A DNA stretch of 64,000 nucleotides from Takakia lepidozioides (GCA_030704615.1 CM060734.1:12834001-12898000); one strand, 5' to 3'; shown: positions 24,162 to 37,653, counted from the stretch's first letter. The notes: generated by a model from the sequence alone, not told the origin. Numbers and translations are program-made.

Positions 24162-27100
24162 ATGGGGTCGGGCAAGCCGAAGCGAAAGCGGAACGGCCCA
24201 AAAGATGATGATCCCGGTGAGCCCGATGGGGGCGACGTGTCACCGAGGCGGCCGTTTGAGGAAGCGATGCATGTTTCCGAAAACGAGGCCGCCCAAGAGC
24301 GGGAGGAATCCAAGGAGTCGGAGCCCGAGGAATCCTTGAGAGCTCCGAGAAACCAAGAGATGCCTCCCATGCCGGCAGCCTTTTGGGAAGGGTTGTTGGC
24401 GCAGTTTGGCGGGACGTTGAAAGACGTGTTGAAGGCGGCTAATGCCACTTCCGCTAAGGCAAAGTTTAAGGTGAAGCCTAAGGAACCCGGCACCTTCGAG
24501 GGCGTCCGAAATCGGAAGGCACTCAACACCTGGCTCTTGGAGCTAGAGCAGTACTTCCGGGCGGCCAAGTTGAGTGACGAGGATCGGGTGGAAGTGGCTC
24601 CCACCTATTTGAGGGGCTATGCTCAACAATGGTGGCAGAAACGCCTTCACGACCGAGGTCCAAGCCGGAAACCTTGAACTGGAGTGGGTTCAAGGAATTG
24701 ATGAAGAGACAGTTTGTGCCCCTCAACGCGTCCTGGCTTGCCCGGGACAAGATGAGGAATTTGAAGCAAACAGATGACATTCGGGGGTATGTCCAGGCTT
24801 TCAATGTGCTGTTGCTCGAAGTCGCGGACATGGCAGAACCAGAAATGGTCTTCAACTTTGTGGTGGGACTGGCCCCATGGGCCAGAAGGAAGTTGGAGGA
24901 GAAGCCACCCAAGACTTTGAACGAGGCAATTGAGAGGGCTGAATGTTTCTCAGATGTCCCTAGGGGTGAAAGACAAGGCCGTACGGAGCTGAACCACAAG
25001 AAGATTCGGCGGGAAGGTGACTCCTTCCGACCGGAAAAGAAGTGGGATAGGCCACGCGGCGACATTGGCACGTGGAAATCGAAGGGAGGGCCTTCACACG
25101 TCAAGGCGGCACCGGTGCTTCGAAAGGAAAAGCGGGTGGAGCGGCTTATGGCGGACAGAAGGCGACCTTTGATGGAGTGTGTTTCAATTGCGGGAAGCCC
25201 GGGCACATGGCCAAGAAATGCACGAAGCCCTGGCAATTGAACATGACTCGGGCGACCACGGAGCTGTCGGAAGATACCATCAGTCGCTTGGTGGAAGCGG
25301 TGGTCGCCAGGACTTGCAAGGTAGGCAAATTTTCTTGTGAGTTGTATCAGGAAACTGGCGCCTTACGAAAAGGGAGTCAGTTATTGTTCGTGGATGGGAT
25401 AATATCCGGAACTAATGTGTCGTTGTTGGTGGACACAGGAGCGTCGCACTCCTTCATGACACCGGCAACGGCACAAAAGCTGGGACTCCCGACAAGTGAC
25501 GTGGGGGCCTCTATTGAGGTGCGTTCTGCCAAAGGAGAACCACAGTTGGCGACAAGGTTGGCGTTGATGTTCCTCTTCAACTGGGGAGTTGGGAGGGACG
25601 TGAGAACTTCACCATCTGCGAGATCGATGGAGTGGATCTCATTTTGGGGATGACCTTTTTGAGCAAATCCGGAGCGGTCATAGATGGCCGCAAGAGAGTA
25701 GTCACGCTGCCATGTGGGAATGGTGGCGAGGTTTTACGAGTGTCAGAAACGCCAAATCCGTGGGAGGGCGAATAAACCTTCTGTCAGCAAGGAGTGGGCC
25801 GTGGAGGAGGCACACGGCCCCAGTTTTGCTTTACATTAGAAGTGAAGGGAGAAGGCGATGAGCCCAGATTGGATCAAGGGGATTTTGGAGAAACCAGGAT
25901 GTGATGCCGGAGGATTTACCAAGCGGCTTGCCACCGCGAAGAGGAGTTGACCACAAGATTGAGGTGATACCGGGATCGGAACCGCCTGCCAAGGCGCCCT
26001 ACCGGTTGAGCCACAGAGAGTTGGTCGAGCTGAAGACTCAGCTCAAGGATCTAATGTCAAAGGGTACATCCGGCCGAGTAAGTCACCTTACGGAGCCCCG
26101 GTGCTATTTGCAGACAAGAAGGATGGGACGCTGCGGATGTGTGTCGATTACAGGGCTCTGAATAAGGTGACTATAAAAAACCGGTACCCTTTGCCAAGGA
26201 TCGACGACCTCTTCGATCGGTTGGCAGGAGCGAAGTATTTCAGCCGGATCGACTTGCGCTCCGGCTATCACCAAATTCGGGTGGCGGAAGGAGATGAGGA
26301 GAAGACCGCGTGCAGGACAAGGTATGGTTCATATGAGTTCTTGGTGATGCCTTTTGGGCTCACCAATGCACCAGCGACATTTAGCACGCTGATGAACAGC
26401 CTTTTCCAGGAGTGGTTGGATGACTTTGTGATCGTGTACATCGACGACATCTTGGTGTACTCGAAAACAAAGGAGGAGCACCTGGAGCACCTCAAAAGGG
26501 TGTTCCAAAAATTGCGGGAAGGGAAGCTGTATGCCAAAGCTTCAAAGTGCGAATTCGGGGTCACAAAAGTGGAGTTCCTGGGGCATGTGATTACACAGGA
26601 TGGGATCAAAATGGATGACAGAAAGGTGAGGGCGATCTTGGACTGGGAGCCTCCGACTTCGGTCCCGGGAGTGCGATCCTTCCTAGGACTCGCCTCCTAT
26701 TACCGGAAGTATGTGAGAAATTTCGCCAAGATCGCGGGGCCGCTGTCGGACCTTCTGTGTAAATCCAAAGTCTGGGTATGGAACACATTTTGTGGCCAAG
26801 CTTTTGCTGAATTGAAGCAGCGGAGACTTCGCGATTGGGGGTGTACTTATGCAAGATGGACGTCCAGTGGCTTACGAAAGTAAGAAACTGAATGAAGTGG
26901 AGCGACGGTGGCCGACGCACGAAAAGAGATGAAGGCGGTGGTGCATTGCCTTGAGCTTGGCGCCACTATGTTGGTTCCAACCCAGTGAAGGTGTTCACGG
27001 ACAATGTCACGGTGAAGTATTTTGCCACGCAGCCCAAGTTGTCCCAAAACAACTTAGGTGGCAAGATACTTTGGCAGTGTTCGACGTGGATATCCAGTAC

Positions 27101-28631
27101 AAACCGGGACGGGACAATGTGGTGGCCGATGCTTTAAGTAGAAAGCAGCAGCTCTTGTTGGTGTACAAGGGCGAGACGGCGCTCCAAAGGAAGATCCGGA
27201 AGGCTTGCCGGAAGGATGAGCTGGCAAAGTCCGTGATGCAGGACTTGAGGATGGGGGTTAAATCGCAGTTCCACTTGCAAAATGGACTGCTCCGGTATAA
27301 GCAAAAACGTCTCTACGTGCCGAAGGGAGGGATCAGGATAGCCTCTTGAGAGAATGCCATGATAGCCCGCTTGCGGGCCACGGCGGAGCCAAGCGCACTG
27401 CGGCACTCTTGAAGAAAGAGTATTTCTGGCCCAAACTGAGGGAGGAGGCAGAGGAGTATGTCAAGACATGCACCACATGCCAACAAAACCGGAGCGAGTA
27501 CAAAAAGCAAGCGGGGCTGTTACAACCCTTGCCGATTCCAGAGGGGACTTGGGAAAGCGTCTCGATGGATTTCATGACTGCTATGCCGCTGTCAAAAGGA
27601 TTCGATGCAATCATGGTGGTGGTGGATAGGTTCAGTAAAATGGGCCATTTCATCCCCACCAAGGAGACGGCAACGGCGCAGGAGACAGGGCGACTTTACT
27701 TCGCCCACGTCTTAAAGCATCATGGAGTCCCGAAGGATATTGTCTCAGATCGTGATCCAAAGTTTACGAGTAAATTTTGGAGGACACTTTGGAAGAAGAT
27801 GGGGACGAGGCTGAAGATGAGCACCGCCTTCCGACCTACGACGGACGGCCAAACGGAAAGAGTGAATTCCGTAGTGAAGCAATTCTTGCGGAATTATGTG
27901 TCGGCAGACCAATCAGACTAGATGGAACACTTAGATGCGGCAGAGTTCTGTTATAATAACACAGAACACTCCGCAACAGGAGTTTCCCCTTTTCGTATTG
28001 GTCTATGGAAAAGCACCTCTGGTGCCGACAAGTTGGGCCGCCCAGGACGTTGAGGAACGGCAGTAGCGGCGGTACTGGAAGAACGCGAGCGTTTGTTGAA
28101 GCTCGCAAAGTACAACATTGCCAAAGCTAGGAAACGGTATGAAAGGCAGGCGAATCGGAAGCGGAGGGAAGTGAAGTTTGAGGCAGGAACAGAGGTCTGG
28201 TTGAACGTCAAGAATTTCCGACTACCTCCGGAAGTGAGTCCGAAGTTCGTACCTCCGTATGCGGGACCCTTTCGCATTCGGAAGGTTATGAATGAGGATG
28301 TGTATGAATTGGAGCTGCCGGCAAACAGCAAGGTGCACCAGTATTCCATGTCTCCCTTTTGAAACCTTACTTCAAAGATGAAGCGCGTCCGAATCGACAT
28401 CAAGTGTTGCGTCCGCCACCTATGCTGTTGGATCATGAAAATGAACCTGAGTACGAGGTGGAGGCAATACTTAAGTCGATGAGGTTCAAGAACCGAGAAA
28501 TGGAGTATCTCGTCAAATGGAAGGGCTATCATCATGTGGAGGCATCTTGGGTGCGTGCCTCAGAAATGGGAAACGCATCCGAGGCGGTTGCAGCTTTCGA
28601 AGGGCGACCTCAAAAGCGGAAGAAACGTTGA
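24162..28631 (+). pseudogene. gag-pol of B (gag, zinc knuckle, PR, RT, RH, INT, chromodomain)
   Basis: CFNCGKPGHMAKKC, LVDTGAS, YIDD, HDSPLAGH..CTTC, SMDF, SDRD, GQTER, GPF, EYEVEAIL..YLVKWKGY..ASW. Many small deletions. Confidence 0.95.
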
Positions 28632-31332
28632 TGGGGACATCAACCTTGGAGCGTGGGGGAGGAAATGCATGCTTAGCCCGGCTTAGCTAGCTTAGGAATC
28701 CGATTACAAAAAACTGTATTGTACAAAAATTTGTTATAAAGGAAATGGGTTCCAAATGTTGTGCGTCCTATTTGTTTGGAATGGTGATGCATGGTATGGT
28801 TGGCTAGTGTGTAGAATGCATGCTAGCTTATAAAAGTGGGAGAGGTAAATTGGGTTAATCGTGTGTTTGCGTAGTGCCGAAATCGGGTGACCCCCATCCA
28901 AGGGACAAGGAAACTTGCGACTTCTTTGGGAGTTCACGTGCTAGTGCGCACCTGGCGCGTGCGCGTACTATAACTGCGCTACCGAGGGGGTTGCCTTGTA
29001 GTGCGGGCTAACGCGGAAGCTACGTGCTTCCGTTCACGTACTATAATCGTGTAGCCTCGGGACGAAGTCGTAGTGCGGCTTCGGCGTGTTCCCGTACCTC
29101 AGGCCAGCATTCCAAGGCGGACCCAATTGTAGTGATTAGGGCGCACGGTTGGTTCAAGGTTATCTTCCTAGTCAAAGAGGGTTCCAGGTGAACCCTTGCT
29201 CAAGGTGATGCCAAAAGCGGCATCATGAGCGATCGCAAGCAATGTTGTTGCAGTAAGGCGATTCGATCCTCGGGGAGGATCGTTCCTTGGCCTTGAAGTA
29301 GGCCAAGAAGAGTGCACTGGGAGGAGCTGGAGAGGCTCCACCCTTGGCCGGGACTTGGAGGAAGTCGGCCGAACTAGCTAGTGGAGAGTAGAGTCAAGTG
29401 TGGGGTTTGGTTCTTTGCCATGGGACGCCATGGTGCGGAAACAAACTCAGTGATGTGGGACGCCACAACTTGGATGTTCGTTTCTACAAAATGGACAAGT
29501 CGATGAGGACATCGACTCCCTGTTGGTAGGGGTGTGTGTCACGGCCCTTTGCCTTGAGGGCAGGGGGTCGGGACACATGAGGGGCTGCCCCTGTGGTGGG
29601 GGCAGCGGCAGCGATAGGTATGGGGGGCTGAAGCACCCTTGAGTGCCCAAGGCACTCAGGGAAGCGGAGGCGCTCACTAGGTGGAAGCCCCGCACACCGG
29701 GTTGCGGTGGGGGTGGCTCCACAAGGGGTGGTGGTAGCTTAGCGGGACTTAGTGGGGGTGACATAGGACTCACCATGGGGGCGGAGACCTCGTGGTGGGA
29801 GTCGTGGGGAGTTTTGGGACTCGTCACGATCCATAGGGGCCGTGGTGAGCGGGCCAAGACTCACCGCGACTCATCACCAGGAGTCGAGGGTTTTCGTGGT
29901 GGTTCGCCATAAAATGGCATGGCTGGTTGTGGAACCCCCGCGGACAGCTACAGAAGTATATATAAGGGGAGTAGTAACCCCGAGAACGGTGCAAGCCCGT
30001 TGGTGACCAAAAACTAGTGAGTAAGCGAGCAAGCCGGAAAGCGACCAAAGAGTGGGGAGCTGTTCCGGACTGCCATCTACCAAAGGGAATTCTCCTAGTC
30101 CCAATTAGGTGGAGGGTTTTAGAGGGAAGCGAAGGGGGACCGTTATGTCCCGGTGAGCAGCCGAAGCTCCAAGTTGGCCCGGCGGCCAGGTTGGGAGTCA
30201 GGCGCGCGCATCAAAGCGAGTAACTATGACTTGAAGGGGAGTTTACCGAAGTGAGGTGCGCGACATTATGTATGTTCATAGCGTGGTGTAGTAAAAACTT
30301 ACAGATGCGTGAGCATCATTGATTCCATGGATTGCCTTGTAGATTGATAAGCCGCGTACTTCTTGGTATTTCAATAGTGTTGGATAGCTTCTTTATAACT
30401 TACTGGCTACTCTATAAACAGCTATGAGCAAGCAGTGAAATCAGTATTTTCAATACACATGACTGAAATGAATGTATAAATAGCTCTAAAGGCAGCTGAT
30501 GGCCATTGCTACAAATGATGGAACCAGAGTTGTGCCGTGCCTAGCTTACGACACCAGCTCCAATGGTATGTCCCAATCGGCCACAACACGGCCATGCAAC
30601 GGCAGCAGACCACAACAGAGTAGTGTGGCCCCGAATCTTCCGTTTCAGATCCACTCAACGCCTTATTCTAATCCAGAAGATTAACATTTCTATGAAGTAC
30701 TTCATGAGTGCCTGCAACCTCCTATGGCCCCACATAAACCAGCAAGAAACGGCCGCCTCCAGCAGTTCACCCGTTCTTTTGAAGTTTGAACTCGTATTAC
30801 AATCGAATGGGCATCTTCACAATGAAACCAACGCAACTTAACCACCATTACAACGGGTGTTGACTCTTGTCATTGGGTCGATCCGAAAGCCACCAAGTCT
30901 GACGCCAACACTCCCGAACAAAATACCAAATTATATAGATACAATACCGAGCTATAATATTATATTGCTTTGTATGGCCATACTCTTTGTACATGTCGTT
31001 GTAACCTGTCTGCACAGATAATCGTCGTTTCAACTAGCAGTGACTATCTCTCCAGACTTTAGAACCTCAACCTAGTGCTAAAACAAACATCCTATCTAGC
31101 TTAGCACTACAAAACTAGATAGTCATCTCTCTCTCGAACCTAGTTATCATTCGTGACGTGTCGTGGTGCTGACACGTCGGCCGTTACGTCGAATCCGGAC
31201 GTTTACCTATGTAATTTTTTTTACATTTGACTTTTACGATTTACTTCTACCTTTTGTAATGACATGGCAGTCACTGTGTAAAGCAGACAAGGCCAATTAT
31301 TTATATTTATTAATTTCTTTTAAAAAATACAT

Positions 31333-32033
31333 CCGCCTATATTGGCGGTCGCATATAATTTTTTATTTCTTAAATGAAGCGACCGCCCATATTGGCGGTC
31401 GCTTGTGATTTAATATTTTGTTAAATAAAGCGGCGGTCGTTTGTATTTTATTATATTTTAAAATAAGCGACCGCCTATATTGGCGGTCGGTTGTAGTTTA
31501 TTATGTTTTAAATGAAGCAACCGCCCAGATTGGCGGTCGCTCGTACTCTATTATATTATTATTATTATATCTTTGATATATTCTGTAAAAATACAGCGAC
31601 CGCCATGTGGTGGTCGCTATAGTTTTTTTTTAAATTTAGCAACCGCCATTTAGCAGCGGTCGCTTATTTTTATTTTTATTCTTAAATAAAGCGTATTCAG
31701 TAAATTTTTGAAAAATGCAGCGACCGCCATTTGGCGGCCATCGCTATTTTTGTTAATAAACAATACAGCGACCACCATTTGGAGGCGGTCGCTCGATTTG
31801 ATTTTGATTCTTAAATTAAGCGACCGCCATTTGGTGGTCGCTTACTTAATATATATTTTAAAATGAAGCGACCGCCATTTAGCGGCAGTCGCTTATTTTT
31901 ATTTTGAATCTTGAATTAAGCGACCGCCAATAGGCGGTCACTTATTTAATATTTTTATTTTTTTTTTTTAAAACAGCGACCGCGGTCGCTCTTCTTGTTT
32001 TTATAAATATAGCGACCACCATGCGGCGGTCGC
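31333..32033. repeat. About 14 GC-rich palindromes AGCGACCGCC-n-GGCGGTCGC at ~50-bp period in AT-rich spacers
   Basis: Visible directly; the copies are degenerate. Confidence 0.9.
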
Positions 32034-34830
32034 GTGTTTTTTTTTTTTTCAGAAATCCAAGGACCCGCCGTGTGGCGTTTTTTTTTTTTTTTTAATCATG
32101 AAGCGGCGCCTAGCCAGCCACGTGGCGAGGTGCCACGGGTCAGGAAAAACGAAACAAATGGGATGGAGGGAGGTGGTTTTGAACCCTTGACCTCTCCCAT
32201 GTGGGTGCGCGTGGCGAGGTGCCACTGGTCTGTCGCTCCTTTTCAAACATAATGCCATTTTTTTTTTGGGGGGGGGGGGCTATATAAACCATTCCCCCCT
32301 CTTTTTCTGATCACTTTTGCCCCTCTCGTGGTGCGGTTCTTTGGCATCCTGTAGTTCTTTCGGACTTCGTCACTTAGCACTGCCAACGGGAGGTGCAAAG
32401 GTGATTATTTGGGGGAGGAGGGAGGTTTTGTCGGTTTTCTATTGGTCAGTCCCACACCCTTGTTCACGGTTCAGTCATCGTATCACCATTTTGCCATTTT
32501 CGGATCTCCGGCGGCCTGTTTTTTTGGCAGAAACTACGAAGACATCATCCACACGCGTCCATTGCCGTTTTCTGAGGTTTTGTCCCCTGTAGTGGGCAAA
32601 GGTTTATACAATGTCGGGGTTGTGAATTTAAGTTCTGGGGCGGGGTCATCTGGGGGTCTTTGGAAGAGAAAACGTGCCCACGAGCGGGATAGCTAGGTCA
32701 ACAAGCCAGACTACCCGGGACCGGATGCCTTGGATAGGGTGAAAGAAGTGGTAATGGATTATTTCAAGGGTAGGGACATGATGAGGCTGGAGAGTGCTTA
32801 TGTCAGGCATGGATGGGAGGGGTTTCAAATTTTCTAGCAAAATATGGAGAGGAAAATGACAAACTCTTTGGCGGGGGTTAAGTGGATGGCGGACAGGGAC
32901 AAGCCGAAGTTCAATCGGTGGATCCAAAGCAGGGCGAAAGACGTCACGAGGAATTTGAGATAGACAAGACTGTGAGTGGATGAAAGGTAGTGAGTAAAGT
33001 CCATTATACTTGGAGGCCAGGTATTTGAGTAGCCCACTGTAGATGAGACCGCGTGGGCATTGTGCCTTTGGACTAGCAGGGCTCTCACCACTGGGTGGTC
33101 CGCGAAGGGGCGACCTGCGGCACGCCCGACTCGATCCCGGAGTATCAACATCCTCCGCATCACCTGAAATTTGATCCCGGTCCCTTCTACGATTGTGTCC
33201 GCCAGCCTGTATTGGATCAGGTGCAACGGGTCGCTCCTGACCAGGAAACAAGGTTGGAATTGGGTCCCATTCGATCTGTGGCACCGCCTGACCATCCTCG
33301 AGGGAGGTGGGTCGATGTTTCCTCACCATCGCATCCTAATTAACACACACCACCCCCACTTTCATTTCTCAAAATCCGTTGGCAGAAAAAACCCTATGTC
33401 CCTTTTCCACCCTACGACAGCAAGGGGTCACTACGCCCCAACGCCGGGAGGCCGTAGCGACCCTCACAAATTCAAACTCCAAAACCCAATATCAAAAAAA
33501 TACTCTAAAGAAAAAAAAAAAATCCCAAAAAGACCAGTCCCACATTGCCCAAGGGCCTGAGCCTTTGCCTCAGCCTTAGGAATTTCAAAATTGATAAACA
33601 AAGACGGAGCATCCCTCTGGTGAGAGAACCCAACACAATAAATCCTTCCTCACGTTCTGTCTTCGGGTTGCCCACATCATGGAAAATTTTACTGAGACCC
33701 AGCGCTTTGCGCTTATCAGATTGAACCACTTTTTGGATGTGTGAATCCTAATTAAACCGTTTATCCTTTGAACCCCAAGACCCACAACCAAAACCTATCA
33801 CCATAAAGAAAAACAAACACCCTAGCCCAGAACCATAAAGGAACAAAAAAAACAAAAACAAAAAATCCCTAAAAATCCTTAAAACCCCAAAAAGCCCTAA
33901 ACCCTAACCTACAAAGTAACCCCCTGTTGCCCAGCTACAAGGGGGAGGTTGGGGTTGCCACCCCCTGCCGTTGTGACGCGTTTTTTTGTTGTTGCCATGC
34001 AAGGGGGTTGCAAGCGGCGACGGCCGGCCGTGGCAACCCCCATTTTCAAATTCGAAAATAGGGCGCGGCGCTGGCGTGCCACGGCCGGGGGTGGCACGTC
34101 GGCGCCGCGCCATTTTGTTTTTTCTTAAGTGCTTGAAGCACCTGCTCTCCCCCCCCCCCCATTTTCGTTTGCTCTTTGGGAGAGAGAGAGAGGTAGGACT
34201 GTGGGGCTTAGGGTGGAGGAAACTCATCTGTAGAGGTAGCCATGGGTGGTCGCAACGCGGAGACGAACTCGCCCCAAGCTGATGTTGCCGCTCCAACGCC
34301 ACGCCACGCAGGTATGTTTTGCCTCCTTCCTCTCTTTCTCTCTTGCTAACCTCTCTCTCTCTCCTGTGTGGTAGAAACACCATGGAGAGGCGTTCGCAAA
34401 GGAAGCGGAAGGAAAGAGAGGGGCGTGGGGGGAGCGGGGGAGAGAGCGCTGCAGCGGCAAGGAGATGTGTCGTTTGCAGCAGCCACGGCGCCGAAGCAGC
34501 AGAGGTAGGTTTTCTTTTCTCCCTCTGCCTCTCTAGTTAGTTCTTTATTGTGGTGAATGAAAAAAAAAGAGGGAGAGAGAGGAAAGAGAGGGAGAGACAA
34601 GGAAAAAAAAACAAAAAAAGAAGGTTGGGGGGGGGGAGTGACTGAGCACCAGAACTTGCTGCTCTCAGCCCCCCACATGCATTGTTTTTTTTTTTTGGCT
34701 TTGCTGGCTCTCTCTCTCCCTCTCTCTCCATCTCTCTCCCTCTCTTCTGCCCCCTCTCTCTCCCCGCTCAGCAGCAGCTGCTGCTCAGTCAGTCCCCCCC
34801 CACCTTCATTTTTTTTCTTTGTTGCCCCCC

Positions 34831-36486
34831 CTCTCTCCCTCTCTCCCTCTCCCTCTATAAATCTTTGGATTTCATCTGGCCTTAACCTTTTGAGGTTATT
34901 TAGTTTTTCATCCCTGCCTTTTTCATCCAAATCTGGATGATTTTATTTTATTGGATGATGAAACTTAATATACAGAAATCTAGAGTTACCATCTATTTTT
35001 TTCATCTAAACTGGATGATCTACATAAATAATGGTTACCTATTATAAAATCCAAGAGAATAATAAAACTACCATCATAAATGATTGCAGTTATTAAACCT
35101 AAACCTATACCATAACCCTAAAAGATACATTTCTATGGGTTGTCATCCAGTGACAAAATGCCTATCTTGGTAAAATGTGATATTTCATCCATCCTGGATG
35201 AAAAATCGGGAAGTTTTGCCCTAAGCAGGCCGACACACTTCAAGCACTGAACTCGTGCTTCAGTGAACCTTGATGATGCGCCGTATAAACCTGCTCCTCT
35301 GCTGCTACATGGTACTCGTGATTGCTGGCTCTTGGGATGCGCAGTGGTGGTTAAACAGATTCTTCTATGGCAGACGACAAAGCCGTGATTGCTCTGATCA
35401 GGAACTCATGGTTCTTTATTTTGCAGCGGCGCTTTTACTCCTTGTTGGGAAGTACTCTATCCCTATTTATCTACAGATTACTTGTTGCTCTCTCTTCGTG
35501 TATGAGCCACTCTCTAGCTGTGAACGCTTCTACTCTGATTGCGTTCTGTTGGAGACAATCTGTTGGACACCATGGCGCAGGGCATACCACAAACACTCAA
35601 GGTTTTTGAGTTTACCATTGCTTGAATTGTGATATGTACTTGCTTTAGAATTCAACACTGACATGGATAGCAACTGTGAAGACCTGCCACTTACCTGCTG
35701 CATCCTCACTAACACACATCACTATGTGGTGGTTTTTGGGACGGGCACAGGTGAGGGTCTTCACTTGTCTTGATTTCTTGAAGCTTGCAGTTCCTGTTCT
35801 TGCAAGTGTGGATAATGTTGCTGCCTAAGCTGCTGATGCCATCTGCTGTTTCAAACTGCCACCATGCCGCTTCAGACCTGCTCCAAGATTGCTCCAATGA
35901 GGATCTGCTTCTCTCCTTACCCCTGTTTACGGTTTTTTACAACCACATTTGCATGTGTAGGAGTTTAGCTATGAAGGATACAAGGATACAAAATAGCAGT
36001 TATTACTTTGACTGCCTTGATACTTGGCTCTGAAATGAGAACTCTTGGTATGACTCTGATGGATCAAAAGGATAGGCTTTGATAGATAACACACATTCTT
36101 CAAGGCCCTCATATCATTTTGGTTTCATGGCTTGATAACAAACTGGGGTTTCTGAGCTACTCTTTCACCTTGGCAGAACTACTTTATGTGGCCTTAAAAT
36201 ACCATTCTAGGCCTATACCTGCTTAAGGGGGCTCTACACTGTTGTTTCTTCTTCCTTTTTAAGAATCTTGCTTATATCTTGGTTCTAAAACATCATCTTC
36301 AAACCAAACCTGCAATCTGGTTTTTGAAATGAGTTTAAAATGGATTCTTGAGATGATGATGGTGCTTTCATGATATGAATGACCTGGAATCCCACCCTCC
36401 CGCCCTTTTTTTTCAGAGACCCTGAAATGTAATTGGGTATTCAAATGAGATTGTAAACATGAAAGAGAATGATAGATGGTGCCCTG
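34831..36486. repeat. Left copy of the ~1.75-kb direct repeat; continues at 55818-55902 after insertion C
   Basis: Near-identical to 60121-61882. Confidence 0.95.
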
Positions 36487-37305
36487 TGTCGCGCACCTCC
36501 CTTCGGTAAGCTCCCCCTCAAGTCATAGTTACTCGCTTTGATGCGCGCGCCTGACTCCCAACCTGGCCGCCGGGCCAACTTGGAGCTTCGGCTGCTCACC
36601 GGGGCATAACGGTCCCCCTTTGCTCTCCCAAAGAACCCTCCACCGCTTTGGAACCAGCGGGAATTCCCTTTGGTAGTTGGCAGTCCGGAACAGCTCCCCA
36701 CTCTTTGGTCGCTTTCCGGCTCGCTCGCTTACTCACTAGTTTTTGGTCACCAACGGGCTTGCACCGTTCTCGGGGTTACTACTCCCTATATATACTTCTG
36801 TAGCTGTCCGCGGGGGTTCCACAACCAGCCATGCCATTTTATGGCGAACCACCACGAAGACCCTCGATTCCCGGTGGTGAGTCGCGGTGAGTCTTGGCCC
36901 ACTCACCGCGGCCCCAATGGACCGTGATGAGTCCCAAGACTCCCCACGACTCCCACCTCGAGGTCTCCACCCCATGGTGAGTCCTATGCCACCCCCACTA
37001 AGTCCCGCTAAGCTACCACCACCCCTTGTGGAGCCACCCCCACCGCAACCCGGTGTGCGGGGCTCCATCTAGTGAGCGCCTCCGCCTCCTTGAGTGCCTT
37101 GGGCACTCAAGGGTGCTTCAGCCCCCGTACCTATCGCTGCTACTGCCCCCACCACAGGGGCAGCCCCTCTTGTGTCCCGAACCCCCTGCCCTCAAGGCAA
37201 AGGGTCGCGACACACACCCCTACCAACAGGGAGTCGATGTCCTCATCGACTTGTCCATTTTGTAGAAATGAACATCCAAGTTGTGGCGTCCCACATCAAG
37301 GAGTT

Positions 37306-37653
37306 TGTCAAGTTAAATAAGCACAGTGTGAAAACAGCTAGAATAAAACTAGTTATTTGTATTTAACACTTGGATTTAGGTCAAGTGTTAAATCAGGTGT
37401 CAAGTTTAGTTTGACACCTGGTCCGTCTTATCTTCACGAGAGCGGCAGTCGCGCGGCTCATCTTTCTCGAGTTGAGCCTGCGCGACCGAGCTCCTTCATG
37501 CGTTTAGATCTGAGTGTGCTTATGATGGGAGTGTAGGTTGTTGTGGGGTGGAGTCCCCATAGCGTGGGGTGCCCCTGGCTCGACTTCTATTTTAAAGAGT
37601 GATAGCGATGGATTTCATATTTCTTGTGTTGAGAGTGTGTGTCCTTTTTAGCT
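37306..37653 (+). repeat. Element D repeat A1 (348 bp)
   Basis: Matches 49218-49565 with about 2 mismatches. Confidence 0.95.

Larger units (their letters stand above)
23382..30265 (+). mobile_element. Ty3/Gypsy chromovirus, copy B (full length, frameshifted)
   Basis: LTRs at 23382-24106 and 29537-30265 (TG..CA). TSD TTATG at 23377-23381 and 30266-30270. PBS TGGTATCAGAGC at 24109-24120. Purine-rich tract at ~29525-29536. Confidence 0.97.
19995..30455 (+). mobile_element. Ty1/Copia LTR retrotransposon, internally deleted
   Basis: TSD CACAT at 19990-19994 and 30456-30460. 5' LTR is 19995-20422 (TGTTGAAAT..). The 3' LTR (~23218-23381 + 30271-30455) is split by chromovirus B. Confidence 0.93.
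17570..31140 (-). mobile_element. 5' leader of an older element-D relative (element E), interrupted by the Copia insertion
   Basis: Reverse-complement homology blocks: 17570-17860 to ~41120-41425; 18140-18235 to ~40050-40140; 31070-31140 to ~37663-37730. Confidence 0.75.

Noticed and set aside
23370-24339. ORFs inside chromovirus LTRs and antisense to gag-pol, including the LTR-derived start of 53655-55301
   Set aside because: GC-rich shadow frames without motifs; the real gag starts after the PBS.
31333-32033. CRISPR array
   Set aside because: The repeats are degenerate, the spacers are low-complexity and resemble one another, no cas genes are present, and the context is eukaryotic TEs.
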